From the NCBI RefSeq assembly GCF_001194135.2, contig NC_068982.1:1595470-1659469 (forward strand): 64,000 nt of DNA, read 5' to 3'. The first letter of the stretch is position 1, and every line of letters begins with the position of its first letter. The notes beneath the pieces were generated by a model. The model saw nothing but the letters and a program-made list of their open reading frames with translations, made no database searches and was not told the origin of the DNA. Below, one piece after another: positions 1 to 12,625 of the stretch. Made by a program: the position numbers and the translations under genes. Source of the stretch: Octopus bimaculoides (taxonomy: Eukaryota).

Positions 1-2939
1 AATAGCTTAATCTGACTTTTAACATTAAAGTTATATTCTGATATATGTCAATAAGCTGGGGTTGCAACAAGATTGTAAGAGGCTCCACTGAACCCTTTAT
101 GATCAATCGATTTATACTTTTAGTGTATAATTTGACGTTTGCAAGTTTGTCTTCTGCTTTTGATCATTTTGTGTTTTCTGAATACTCTTTTAGTTCGTGT
201 GTCTTGCCTCAATAATGGGACATTTTGACGGATAACCTGAATGACTAATGAAGTAGTTTGATTAATAACTAGAAAATTGACTAAAATGTGACTATATCAA
301 GGTAATAACTGAGGAAATAACTCAGCAAGCGACAATGAATTAAACTGTGAATCGATTATTTTAAAGCATAGAAATTGTTATGCGCTGGAATCCGGAAAAA
401 AACTTGAAACAAAACCTGAAACAACAATTCTAATCTGCAACGAATAATATGTTCAATGAAATTTAATTTCACTCATATTCAGAAACAAAACTTCACAATC
501 CGAAAAATTCCCATTTTGAAGCATATTAAAGATTAAAAATGTAAGCGGAAATATATGAAAACAAGGAGAGATTCCGGAATGATTCCTCCCAGAAATTACC
601 AATAAAACCCGTTCATAATGAATCTGAACCACAAAAATATTTAAATATAACATGGGTTTAGAGGAAACGTATATAACCAAATTAGACGAGCTTAAATCCT
701 CTTATCCTCAAAACAGGATATTTACTAAAACTCCAGATTGAAAAAGGCTGAAAGAAACATGAATAATAAACAAAAAAAAGCAATTCCAGACAGAACTGAA
801 GGCATGGTAAACTTAAAAAACGCAATCGACAGAATTCACATCATGTGGCATAGCCCGTTTGTGAGAAACCGATGATAATTTTTTCATACAGAAGCATTTC
901 AACACAACGACTCTAATTTATTTTGGTATATATCTTTTCAGCATGTATGTGGAATTGTTACATTTCACTACAGAATTTCCAGATGTCGGCAATACATTTC
1001 GTATAGAGAGTAATATTGCATATAACTATGACACAAAAAAATGAATCCATGCTAGAATTTTATTTGGTATTAACTGTTTTGATTTATTTCCTATAAATAC
1101 CCCATCAGTATTTTAATGAAATTCCAGCTAGATGAATTACTTTGGGCCATTAGTTGTGGTCAAGCAGGTTACGGAGTAAAGAAATTCTCGTAATGGCTAG
1201 TCTGATTAGATATATTTCATCGATATATTTTATATCATCCATCATGCTTGTCCTTTTATCGACAGAAGATTGGACGTTTTGAGATACATGACTGTCATTT
1301 CTTGGAGATGAAACGACAATGTACAGCCTCTTTTCTTGGATTGTTAGCTATCAATACAGTAACGGTGGGATGTGACGTAACGAGTATTCCAGTCCGATCG
1401 GAAGTTCCTTCCAACTTTTAGCATAACGAATTCTGAAATATATCCCGGTTACATTTGATTATAAGAATAGTGCTGCTGTCAATTAATTCAGCTGTCTTTA
1501 GTGTTTATGTCATCACTTCAAGATGGCCGGTGAGCTTCGAACTTAGTTCCAGGAAGCACTAGACTGGTAGTTTAGTTATCACCACATTCAAAATAATATA
1601 TTAAAAATTACATTTCTTCTGCGCGGTCAAAATTGAAAAGAAGATAATTATCAGTCTTGATGGCTACATTTTCTCATCTACAATCCTCGTTCAGGTGTAT
1701 AGAAAATTCCACAGACGTATACATAGTATGTGAGTGACCGCACGCACGTTTCTATGCATAATTTTTGTTTGTTATTCTCTCCAAATATATCGTTTCTAAC
1801 ACTTTGATTAATTATATCTGATTTTTGGCGGAATGATTAATGATTTTATCAGTTTTTGCGAAGAGAATATTGTTATGTTTTCCTTATGTTTTATGTATAT
1901 ATATATATATATATATATCATATCATATATGACTGCTCACATACACATACACACATACGTGTGTTAATGAGTGTGTTTGTGTATGTATGTGTAGTGTGAT
2001 GTAAGCATACATTACTTATGTAAAACCGTGGTTCTCTGCCTGGAAAGTCTTGCTTCAGTCATATTGGCACACGTGTCTGTTATGAAAGCGGAAATCGCCA
2101 TGCGAGTGACGGTCCCGGCTTCGATAAATACACTTAAAATGATTATCTGCAAGTGTCTTCCTGTTGCTGCTGTTCAGTGGACTTTACTTTCTTCATCAGC
2201 ACGCCTCAGCCCCTTCTCATGTCTTGTTAACTGATTGTAAAATTCTAGTCTCACGTGGAAGTGATAATCTGTAATCTTTCTGCAGTGTAAACGTTTTTGA
2301 ATAAAAGACGAGCTCATCCCTGTATTCTGATACTGGAGTCATCCCATCGGACATGCGCAGCACAAAGGTCAGTTAGTATTGGAATCGTTCTTGCCATTAG
2401 ACGAGAAAGTTGGGTGATAACTAAATCAGTTCATGGGAAGTACAGGATCCATTTCAGTTTGCCTTGGTAAAAGAACTAGTCGCACCACTTTCTTGTGCGA
2501 TAGAAGTTTTTACTCTCACTGCTAAAGCAGTGTGTTGAGTAGGAAAGCTTTTAAGATTGCAACCTGTTTGTGCCGATGCTTAGTGTTCGTTCACTCTATC
2601 CGTCTCTATCTCTCTTATCTGATTAGATAGCTTTCTCTCTCTCTCTCCTTCTTCCTCTATATATCTCACTCACTCTCTTTTGTTTTCACTGTCATATTTC
2701 AGACGCTATTGTTTGCACCGACCCTAGCAAACAGGAAGTAAATATTTTTTAAAACTTTCAAAGACGTGAGTCTAATATAAAAACCAATATTTTTTATTTG
2801 TAATGAAAAATCAAACGAAGAGCCTAACAAGTGTCCGACGTCAAATTATTCACGCATCACAAGTATGGAAAGCGAAAGCACACACACATCTCTATTTTAT
2901 ATATTAGATGAAATTGTGATAATTTTTGACCAATGGACG

Positions 2940-3191
2940 TAAGGGAGAAAATCAATTTCTGAAAGTTACTTCGCAAAGAGTTACCTCCCTTTTCCATGTA
3001 ACCTAGGAACGGGTGTTTTCTACCCACACTCAGGGGTCCGTTACTCATTATGTGAAAAAAATGTTTAAAGTCTAAAACCATCTCTGGAACATAAATAGTG
3101 CATGTTCCCAGTTTGGAGAAAATCAGTTGACAAATACGGCCGTTATAATCTTTTACACACATACACCCTCACCCCCACACAGAGAACAGGA

Positions 3192-3243
<52 letters not shown>

Positions 3244-3245
3244 TA
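2940..3245 (+). mobile_element. Possible non-autonomous Helitron/Helentron (HINE/DINE-1-like) 3' module
   Basis: Ends ...gtgcatgttcccagtttggagaaaatcagttgacaaatacggccgttata...acacacatacac...ctgtatatata. This order (conserved block, CA microsatellite, TA tail) is typical of DINE-1-like elements. Pattern similarity only. Confidence 0.33.
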
Positions 3246-3290
3246 TATATATACACACGCACATATACACATATATTTGATACATACTCC

Positions 3291-3580
3291 TTGATACTCT
3301 GAGTTTCAAGCGAGTGGCTAGTCTCCGGCCATTGGTGTCCGAATGAGAGTTCCATTGAAGATAGTTAATGTTTATTACTGGTCGTTAACCGGCGACTGGT
3401 GGAGAAAGGTGACGCAGTATAGCAGTTTTATCTCGGTACTTCAGCGACAACAATTAGTTAGAAAATAGCGCATGGTGAACAAGAAATTGACCGCGTCGTG
3501 AAGAGGAAATCGACCGCGTGGTGGACAAGGAATCGGACGTGTGTTTGGGAGAAGTAGGAAGGAGTGGTAGATATGAGGGT
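3291..3580 (-). mobile_element. Short PLE-like repeat (family H2) with a degenerate hammerhead motif at 3291-3333
   Basis: Homologous to 47802-47957 and 48316-48467 (e.g. atctcggtacttcagcgacaacaattag vs atatcggtatatcagcaaaaatag). The minus strand reads aatgg CCGGAGA ctagc cactc gctt GAAAC tcaga GTA tcaag. Confidence 0.55.
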
Positions 3581-3651
3581 ACATATATGTATATATGCAC
3601 ATGTATATGTCCATATACCTCCGAGTATGCATCCGTACTTATACGAGTGTA

Positions 3652-4040
3652 TTGGGTTGACAACTATGTTCCCGCCGTTTTTTAAAAAAATTTTTGAAGT
3701 TTTTGCCTTTTTAAATTTTGGAATCTAATTCTGTCAAGAATTCTTTTTTTGAATCATTTGGGAAACTATTTTCTGTTTTTTTTTTCTAGCTAATTTTAGT
3801 TAATTTTTGTTTATTTCAGATCATTAAAATGGAATGTCAAGTTAAGAAAATCGAGCATTTTCGACATCTCCTACTTTTTGCTTTTAATCAAGGCTCTAAG
3901 GCCGCAAAAGCTGCTCGCGACATTTGTGCTGTGTATGGAGAGGGTCCCATAGCTGAAAGAACCGCTCGTGATTGGTATGCCATGTTCAAAAATGGAAATT
4001 TTGACCTCAAAGTCGCACCTCGTTCTGGCCGTCCAGAATG
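3652..4040 (+). mobile_element. mariner transposon 5' fragment: TIR plus N-terminal HTH of transposase (ORF 3829-4074), 3'-truncated
   Basis: TA followed by mariner-type TIR ttgggttgacaactatgttcccgccgtttt. The translation EHFRHLLLFAFNQGSKAAKAARDICAVYGEG...TARDWYAMFKNGNFDLKVAPRSGRP is a classic mariner paired/HTH N-terminus. Homology stops after PRSGRP. Confidence 0.92.
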
Positions 4041-4230
4041 GAATAAGCAGAACAAGAACACACATGAAGGTTGAAAGTATCGCTGAAGAGGTCACAGATG
4101 TGTGACGAAAGATTTACGGACAATGGATATCAGTTAGATTAAGAACGGTAAGAAACGAGTGAAGAAGGAATGTACAGTGCGTGCGTTTATTTGGCAAGAA
4201 AAAAAAAGACCATCCGGAAATGCAATATCT
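4040..4230 (+). mobile_element. Short hammerhead-bearing repeat (family H1) abutting the truncated mariner
   Basis: Shares atgaag..gtat..ctgaagaggtcac...gtgacga and acagtgcgtg..tt.attgg..aa..gacc.tcc blocks with the minus-strand copy at about 7005-7200. Confidence 0.6.
4077..4121 (+). ncRNA. Minimal type I hammerhead ribozyme motif (family H1), core intact
   Basis: gtatcg CTGAAGA g GTCACA gatg TGTGAC GAAA gattt A cggac. It has a 6-bp stem II, a near-palindromic stem III (AGATTT, one change from AGATCT), an NUH site UUA and a weak stem I. Confidence 0.68.
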
Positions 4231-4283
4231 GTTTCAACACACGACTTCACATCAGGAAGCTTGCAGCAGAAATTAATGAACGT

Positions 4284-4285
<2 letters not shown>

Positions 4286-4340
<55 letters not shown>
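4286..4340. repeat. (CA)n microsatellite
   Basis: Perfect dinucleotide run. Confidence 0.97.
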
Positions 4341-4344
<4 letters not shown>

Positions 4345-5069
4345 CAACACGCGCACACACGCAGAGGGAATATCCATCGTACTCAACTAAATTAATTCAT
4401 TACGTGTTAATTATGCATTAATTATGGAATAATTATATAGTTAATGATATTTCAACTTAAGTTATGGAAAAAGCTGTGGAGTTAAACCAGTGAAAATTTG
4501 GAAATAGTTTTTCATGTTTTTCTTTTCTACTTTCCGAATATTCTGCTCAGAATATTCGTTTGAGGCAATTTTACATTCCTGCAAATCCATTCCTGTCACA
4601 GCTATTACATTGAAATAATAACATATTAACGTATTTATAGTTTTCTATTACTTAAGCAAGAATTCAGTTTACACACACACACGCACTCACTCACATATCC
4701 ACACACACGCACACACACTCGCACACACATGCGCCTTTGTGCCTGTGCATGTAGGCTTTATATGAAGTGAAAGATAGAGACACAGCCGTAGATACAACAA
4801 GTTCTACATTATTTTCCGTCATCCATCGTAGAAGACATTCGCCCATGTTACAGCAATATGAAACCGATCCAGAAGCTCAGGTTTGCGGGGCAATTTCTTA
4901 TACGTTACAAGTAGTGTGTTTTTTTAAATAACAAAATGTTTTATTTTTACGCATTAAAATCTGTGTATTGAAGCTGAATATTTTCACACACGTTCACTCA
5001 CAAACATATACATACATACAAAAACATACGTATATATTCATAGTTTATGTGCCTATGTATTTAGGTGTA

Positions 5070-5070
<1 letters not shown>

Positions 5071-5136
<66 letters not shown>

Positions 5137-5378
5137 CTATCTGTCTGTCTGTCTGTCTGTCTGTCTGTATGTCTGTTTGTCTGACTTTTATCTGTCTATC
5201 TACCNNNNNNNNNNNNNNNNNNNNNNNNNNNNNNNNNNNNNNNNNNNNNNNNNNNNNNNNNNNNNNNNNNNNNNNNNNNNNNNNNNNNNNNNNNNNNNNN
5301 NNNNNNNNNNNNNNNNNNNNNNNNNNNNNNNNNNTCCCTACCTGCCTGCCTGCCTACCTACCTAACAATCTCTCTCTT

Positions 5379-5433
<55 letters not shown>

Positions 5434-5479
5434 CTCACTTCTCTCTGTCTCTTCTCACTTTCTCTCTGTCTCTTCTCAC

Positions 5480-5540
<61 letters not shown>
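5071..5540. repeat. Compound (TC)n/(TCTA)n/(TCTG)n microsatellite with an N-gap (5205-5334) and a 21-bp tandem unit
   Basis: Direct inspection. Confidence 0.95.
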
Positions 5541-5990
5541 GAAATGAGAAGTAAGGGAAGTTTCCAACTACTAACAGTGTGGACAGTTTGAAAGACCTTT
5601 ATATTTCAGGCGCAATGGCCTATCTGCAAGGTGTTCCCCGTAAGGCCATTTGCAGGGTAATCCCCAACAATCTGCTGGCGCACTCGGAACCGTCTCTGAT
5701 AAACATCTCTCAACTAAGGGGTCATACACAGAACACACACTGGTGGGAAAGTGTCCTATAAAACAGGAACAAGTGTCAGATACTGTTCTTCAAATGCAGC
5801 AACATCGATTGTAGGGTCTGACCGCTCCACATCCGGCTGAAGGGGCACCTGACTACGAACGAGTCTCCTTTCTGCAAACCAATAAATGAGGCAGCACCAC
5901 CAAAATGATAAACGCCTCCATGCTGGCCTCGGAGAGGAATCAGGAAACGTCGATATTAAGGAATCCTTACTAATCCACCGAGTTAACATA
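5540..5990 (-). pseudogene. Possible decayed L1/Tx1-type LINE C-terminal (zf-RVT-like) fragment
   Basis: Locally GC-richer. A minus frame reads ...LADRPLRLKYKGLSNCPHC**LETSLTSHF, resembling the CPxC...ET..H.F zinc knuckle. Weak support. Confidence 0.35.
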
Positions 5991-5992
5991 TA

Positions 5993-6224
5993 TTTATTTC
6001 TTTATTGCCCACAGGGGGCTAAACATAGAAGGGACAAACAATGACAAAGAAAGGGATTAAGTCGATTACATCGACCCCAGTGCGTAACTGGTACTTATTG
6101 AATCGACCCTAAAAGGATGAAAGCAAAGTCGACCTCGGTGGAATTTGAACTCAGAACGTAACGGCAGACGAAATACTGCTAAGTATTTCACCCGGCGTGC
6201 TAGCGATTCTGCCAACTCACCGCC
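5993..6224 (-). mobile_element. tRNA-derived SINE, family A (ggcggcgagctggcagaa... head), full length
   Basis: The reverse complement has an A-box-like head, B-box GTTCAAATTCC and the central gctttcatccttttagggtcga block. It matches the other copies at 57.2-58.9 kb. Confidence 0.9.
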
Positions 6225-6489
6225 TTACCGAGTCGGTCGGTGTCGGGCCGGTGGCTCCTATAAATACATCGTTGCAATTATGACCAACATCCTCGTTACT
6301 GCGACGATGATTAGCGCTGTCACCTACCATCACCTTCTTCGCCAAAACCCTGGTGCCAACCGCTATGAAGAATGGTTGCTGTAGACAGCCAACAACCATG
6401 CTGCCAACGACTACTGCAAGAGTACACCTCACCAACGCCATCACCCACTGCCGCCATGATTGATACTCATTACCATCGCCAACTACGTT

Positions 6490-6508
6490 GATGTACACAA
6501 CACCATCA

Positions 6509-6561
<53 letters not shown>

Positions 6562-6566
6562 AACGT

Positions 6567-6627
<61 letters not shown>

Positions 6628-6650
6628 CACAACATTCACCATCATGGACA
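6490..6650. repeat. (TAC)n trinucleotide microsatellite within degenerate CAC/CAT triplet sequence
   Basis: Direct inspection. It explains the poly-Y/T/V ORFs. Confidence 0.96.
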
Positions 6651-7004
6651 ACCATCTTCACGACCACTTTTGCCAACCTACACTCAGTCCTTCTCCACCA
6701 TCCCCAGCACCACCGCCTCCAATGTGACCTCTACAGCACCAACATCACCAGCATTTATGGAGCTGCTTCTACTAGCACAATCACCGGACTAGAACATTGT
6801 CATTGCTCATCCGGCAATCTGAAATGCTAAAATCAATGTAAAGATACATTTCCTTGTATTCTTCTGAAGAAATGGTTTTGTGCCTGAAGTATAAAGGCTT
6901 TTCAAACTTTCTGCATTGTCAGAAGCTTTCTTGTTTCTCATTTCATTTGTCTTTCAGCTTCTGTACTACAATGCTTGAAGCAACGACAACGTTTATCTTA
7001 TATA

Positions 7005-7200
7005 TGCATAGCTATATTTGGGGACGGTCATTTTACCAATGAACACACGCACTGTTTATTCGATCTTCACTTTAGCTTCATTATTATTATTATTATTGGT
7101 TAATTTTTATTTCTCGGTTCTCTCGTCACACATACAGTGACCTCTTCAGTGAATACCTCTTCATCTTTGCGTCTCTTCTTCTTTCTGGTCTTCTCTTTCT
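7005..7200 (-). mobile_element. Second copy of family H1 with a hammerhead-like motif at 7111-7155 (GAAA mutated to GAGA)
   Basis: The minus strand reads tattca CTGAAGA g GTCAC tgtatgt GTGAC GAGA gaacc. Flanks are homologous to 4040-4230. Confidence 0.6.
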
Positions 7201-7564
7201 GTATGAAGCATCGATACCAGCGCATGCGTTTGCATCGGTGTGTCTGTGTGTGTGTGTGTCTCTCTCTCTCTGTTTGGCATATGTATGTGTCTTGTGCGCG
7301 TGTTTGCTGCCTTCTGGGGTAGGGTGAGGTTTTACTATTCCATTTGCGTTTTCTGTTAAGGATCACTATACTTCCTATTATGTGTTTATATGTGTGGCCT
7401 CCGTAATCTATCTGAGTTTTGTATCAGTTCTATGTGTGTATAGGGTAGGGGCTCGATAGATAACATAAAAGTTGACCTCCATATATATATATATATATAN
7501 NNNNNNNNNNNNNNNNNNNNNNNNNNNNNNNNNNNNNNNNNNNNNATACATATATATATATATA

Positions 7565-8205
7565 TATTACAAATTAAAAGGGTAAAGAATTATCAATTTA
7601 TTAATTAATAAATCAATTAACAATTAACAATTTTTACCAAGCCCATCGGTATGAAAGCACCATTATTGGCGGAGAACTTATTTAAAAGCTCATATATATT
7701 TATAAATATAATTAAGGGATCAGCAAATATTTGCTTCACCATATACCGAAGTTCAGAAATAGCAGCTGAAAAAGCTGAGAATCCCACAGATAGCATCACT
7801 TGTAACTCACAAAGGCAAAACGCAGATTCTCTGCGATATCACTTGTCGCGCACATGGTAATTTCTTGAGAGAGGTACAGTTAGACTGGCTGACCGAGGTG
7901 GATTCGGTTAAGCTTTCAGACCTGTGTCGGTGTCGAATGTTAGTATTCCATGCTTACACAGTTTGCTAGCATGGTCAAATTTACTACTGGAATACAGTAC
8001 TGATGAAGGAAATTGATTATTATCAATCATGATCTAGAAACGCGTTTACTGTTAAACATCGGAATTGGTTAGTTTTCATTGTTTTTTTCTTCTTGTTTTT
8101 GCCTTTGTGAGTTACAAGTGATGCTATCTGTGGGATTCTCAGCTTTTTTAGCTGCTATTTCTGAACTTCGGTATATGGTGAAGCAAATATTTGCTGATCC
8201 CTTAA
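7565..8205. mobile_element. Foldback element (family H6): 109-bp inverted arms 7712-7820 and 8097-8205 enclosing a hammerhead motif; PLE-like inverted pseudo-LTR architecture
   Basis: The arms are reverse complements with one mismatch seen. The element is flanked by (TA)n on both sides. A sister copy lies at 50085-50554. Confidence 0.82.
7994..8052 (+). ncRNA. Minimal type I hammerhead ribozyme motif, core intact
   Basis: ACAGTA CTGATGA a gga aa TTGAT tatt ATCAA tcatga tct a GAA ACGCGT T TACTGT. It has a perfect 6-bp stem I, a palindromic stem III (ACGCGT) and cleavage triplet GUU after position 8046. Confidence 0.8.
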
Positions 8206-8239
<34 letters not shown>

Positions 8240-8494
8240 GCTAACCTTACTAAACTGTGGGGGAATTATGCTGCAACAATCGCTTATATTAAATCAAGAA
8301 TTGTTGCATTCAATCTAGTTTTCTATCCTCGTTATTCCGACTTCTCTCATCTTTCCTATAAACCGTCAACTATCTTCCATATATGTTTAGAAATTTCAAA
8401 CTGCTTTCTTCATGTGAACAGAGGTTAACAAAGCACACTAAATCGACTGTTATCATCTCCATCATCGATATCATTCTAATCACTATTATCAATA

Positions 8495-8498
8495 TTAT

Positions 8499-8591
<93 letters not shown>

Positions 8592-8784
8592 TAGCAGGAT
8601 GCTGATAATATCATGATCTATATCATTATATTTAGCAGCAACATCATCACTATGAGCACTATTTCTACAAAGCCACGACCCGCATCATCATCCCTATCCT
8701 TACAATCATCATCATCATCGTCATCATCATCATCATCATCATCATCATCGTCGTCACCATCATCGTCGTCATCACTATTATCGT
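8495..8784. repeat. (ATC)n/(AGC)n/(GTC)n trinucleotide repeats running into an N-gap (8785-9644)
   Basis: Direct inspection. Confidence 0.95.
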
Positions 8785-9644
8785 NNNNNNNNNNNNNNNN
8801 NNNNNNNNNNNNNNNNNNNNNNNNNNNNNNNNNNNNNNNNNNNNNNNNNNNNNNNNNNNNNNNNNNNNNNNNNNNNNNNNNNNNNNNNNNNNNNNNNNNN
8901 NNNNNNNNNNNNNNNNNNNNNNNNNNNNNNNNNNNNNNNNNNNNNNNNNNNNNNNNNNNNNNNNNNNNNNNNNNNNNNNNNNNNNNNNNNNNNNNNNNNN
9001 NNNNNNNNNNNNNNNNNNNNNNNNNNNNNNNNNNNNNNNNNNNNNNNNNNNNNNNNNNNNNNNNNNNNNNNNNNNNNNNNNNNNNNNNNNNNNNNNNNNN
9101 NNNNNNNNNNNNNNNNNNNNNNNNNNNNNNNNNNNNNNNNNNNNNNNNNNNNNNNNNNNNNNNNNNNNNNNNNNNNNNNNNNNNNNNNNNNNNNNNNNNN
9201 NNNNNNNNNNNNNNNNNNNNNNNNNNNNNNNNNNNNNNNNNNNNNNNNNNNNNNNNNNNNNNNNNNNNNNNNNNNNNNNNNNNNNNNNNNNNNNNNNNNN
9301 NNNNNNNNNNNNNNNNNNNNNNNNNNNNNNNNNNNNNNNNNNNNNNNNNNNNNNNNNNNNNNNNNNNNNNNNNNNNNNNNNNNNNNNNNNNNNNNNNNNN
9401 NNNNNNNNNNNNNNNNNNNNNNNNNNNNNNNNNNNNNNNNNNNNNNNNNNNNNNNNNNNNNNNNNNNNNNNNNNNNNNNNNNNNNNNNNNNNNNNNNNNN
9501 NNNNNNNNNNNNNNNNNNNNNNNNNNNNNNNNNNNNNNNNNNNNNNNNNNNNNNNNNNNNNNNNNNNNNNNNNNNNNNNNNNNNNNNNNNNNNNNNNNNN
9601 NNNNNNNNNNNNNNNNNNNNNNNNNNNNNNNNNNNNNNNNNNNN

Positions 9645-9691
<47 letters not shown>

Positions 9692-11193
9692 CACACATAT
9701 ATATACATATATATTTATATATACGTGTATATAATTTCTCTCTCACACGCATGCATTGACAGAGATATAGTTATAAATATGTATGCGCTTACATATATAT
9801 ATATATGAATCTTCCTTGTATTAGTGTGCGTGCCACGGTGTATGTGTGTCAGTATACATATATATGTATATGTAATGAGATATACTTATTGAAGTGTGTT
9901 GAAGATAAATATATTTTTCATTGAATAGAGCCAGTATCAAAATCTTTTTCTATATTCACTTGCTTTTGGTGTCCCAATGTAAACCAAAGGACATGATAAA
10001 CATCATAAATATAAAATATCCAAAGTACTCCATTTCTTTTGAACCACATTGGTAATCTAATCTTGGAATCAGCAGTGAAATAAGTCAGTGTTTGTAGTTA
10101 AACAATGAAATATATCGATCAAAATATGTATTTGTTATTATTTGCTCATCTTTTTGTATAGATTAGAACATTTCTAAAGGAAATATGAACAGAAGTTGAA
10201 ATCGAACAAATCCCTGAAACAATTACTTGTGTAAGATGAGACATAGGAAACAGAATTTATACCGAAAGCATTATTTGTCTACTCCATGTTGAATAACATT
10301 GATTTTTCAAGTATTCCATCACTTTTGCTAAGAAGTAGTCCTTAGAAATTTATGCTGACTTCTACATCTTATAATATTTTCTCTCATAGAATTGTCCTAT
10401 CAAACACAGTCTACGAAGATGGATAATATATTTTGCACTTTTGGTAAATTTATGCGAGAATCAATACCACTGAAAATATTTGAGCAGCTAACAAAATGTT
10501 TTCAAGATACATTTAGCTAAAAACAAATTATCCTGTACTATTCAGTAGTTTGTAATTTTTGTTTTTCTATAATTTCATATTTGAAGCGAACCGAGAGATC
10601 ACTTCTAAAGTTTCTGCAATCAAAATATTTTAGGCAGAACCTTATGGTATAGAGTATCGAAAAAAATAAAGCTATCTGATTTTGCATTCGCACATTGCGA
10701 AAAAATGTTGAGATAATGAACAAGACATTTCATAGGCCGGGAAGGAGCGGGTACATGCGGTGCAAGTCCCCATCCTAAAATTATGCAGGGGGCACGAAAA
10801 CGCTTTGAGTATCCCCTTGAAAAACTTCATCACTAAAACGAACGTGCTTGTTCTGATATTAAGATTGTAAAAAAATCAACTTTGATTATCAACAATTTTG
10901 AAGCTGGGTGTGCACCCCGCTGGGAAAATTTCGTTCCCTCAATTATAAGAGAGTTTTTAAATTTTGACGATTAGTGGAATCCACGTTAGAGCTGTCAAAC
11001 GTTCTCTCATTAGGCAACATGTTTGTAATCCGCATTCCTATTCATTGCATTGTTTACATATAATATGCACAGCATGTCAGTGGTGGGTAGGCAGTGCGTA
11101 ACAATAATTATGCAATGCAGATATTGATAAATTAGCCTACAAATTGTGTAAACTCAAAAATATTGCATGTCAGCGTTGAGTAGCATAACTGTA

Positions 11194-11234
<41 letters not shown>

Positions 11235-12581
11235 NNNNNNNNNNNNNNNNNNNNNNNNNNNNNNNNNNNNNNNNNNNNNNNNNNNNNNNNNNNNNNNNNN
11301 NNNNNNNNNNNNNNNNNNNNNNNNNNNNNNNNNNNNNNNNNNNNNNNNNNNNNNNNNNNNNNNNNNNNNNNNNNNNNNNNNNATTTATCATAATATATTG
11401 ATAATAAATATAATGCATTCCACGTTCCATTATTGAAAACTTTCTTGCAGTTAAAAATGCAATGTTGTAATTTTAGATTGTAGACAATTGAACGTTTCAT
11501 TTAAATTGATCATTCTGGCAAAAGAGAAAATGTCCATTTGTTCTTCAGCTTGGACTTCTTGCAATCCATTGTTTGCAAAATTTATGGGACAGTTCTGGTT
11601 ATCTTAATGCCAAATTTTAAAATAGACATACTGCTACACGTTTCTGGTAGATGAAAGAAATAAGGTGACTTGGAAAAATATAAATTTCTCTCTGAAAGAA
11701 AGAAATACAATATAAAGAGCAACATTATTTACACTGAATATTTATTAAGTAATGCCGACATCACAATAACTGTTATTTGTTTACGCATTAGCTTTATATA
11801 TATATCTATTAAAACCCCAGGGGGAACAACTTCAACACGACTATTATTATTGCTGTTAGTTATTCGATGGCTACAAGCCTCTCTTAAGAAAACAAGTCTT
11901 GACCACACTATTTAAATTAGAAAAACAGATAGTAATTTGCGGTCACAGCCAGTTGAACTTGTCATGCTACCAGAACCAAAAGATATTATTATGTGTTCTT
12001 GCAGGAAAAAAGAAAGGAAACTATGAATGTTAATCTTAATTTTAATTTAATTTTTTTAAATAGTTCTTTTCTCTTTATGTATTCCATTTTAGTGCATATT
12101 TTTGATAAGGTTTTTCAAAAACCGAAACACGTAAAAGGAAAATTAAAATGTATCCAATTTTAAGAAAGTAGCATTTTCGTTCTTATTTTTCATATATATA
12201 TANNNNNNNNNNNNNNNNNNNNNNNNNNNNNNNNNNNNNNNNNNNNNNNNNNNNNNNNNNNNNNNNNNNNNNNNNNNNNNNNNNNNNNNNNNNNNNNNNN
12301 NNNNNNNNNNNNNNNNNNNNNNNNNNNNNNNNNNNNNNNNNNNNNNNNNNNNNNNNNNNNNNNNNNNNNNNNNNNNNNNNNNNNNNNNNNNNNNNNNNNN
12401 NNNNNNNNNNNNNNNNNNNNNNNNNNNNNNNNNNNNNNNNNNNNNNNNNNNNNNNNNNNNNNNNNNNNNNNNNNNNNNNNNNNNNNNNNNNNNNNNNNNN
12501 NNNNNNNNNNNNNNNNNNNNNNNNNNNNNNNNNNNNNNNNNNNNNNNNNNNNNNNNNNNNNNNNNNNNNNNNNNNNNNNNN

Positions 12582-12625
<44 letters not shown>

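Noticed and set aside
2020-2560. GC-richer segment that might be a Helitron or hAT coding relic
   Set aside because: None of the frames I translated gave a recognisable helicase, Rep or transposase motif.
6217-6792. Poly-V, poly-Y and poly-T ORFs (mucin-like appearance)
   Set aside because: They are translations of a (TAC)n microsatellite, with no splice or domain evidence.
7625-7690. Second hammerhead-like ghost in the H6 tail (ccgataatggt...accgaagg; also 50150-50200)
   Set aside because: Both the CUGANGA and GAAA boxes are altered in both copies, so it is not supportable as a ribozyme.
8613-9752. Long ORFs of 200-370 aa here and at about 12.1, 17, 30, 33, 47 and 49-50 kb
   Set aside because: They read through N-gaps (X residues) and microsatellites, so they are artefacts.
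10730-10945. Possible hAT-type MITE (cataggc... start)
   Set aside because: No matching right TIR or TSD was found.
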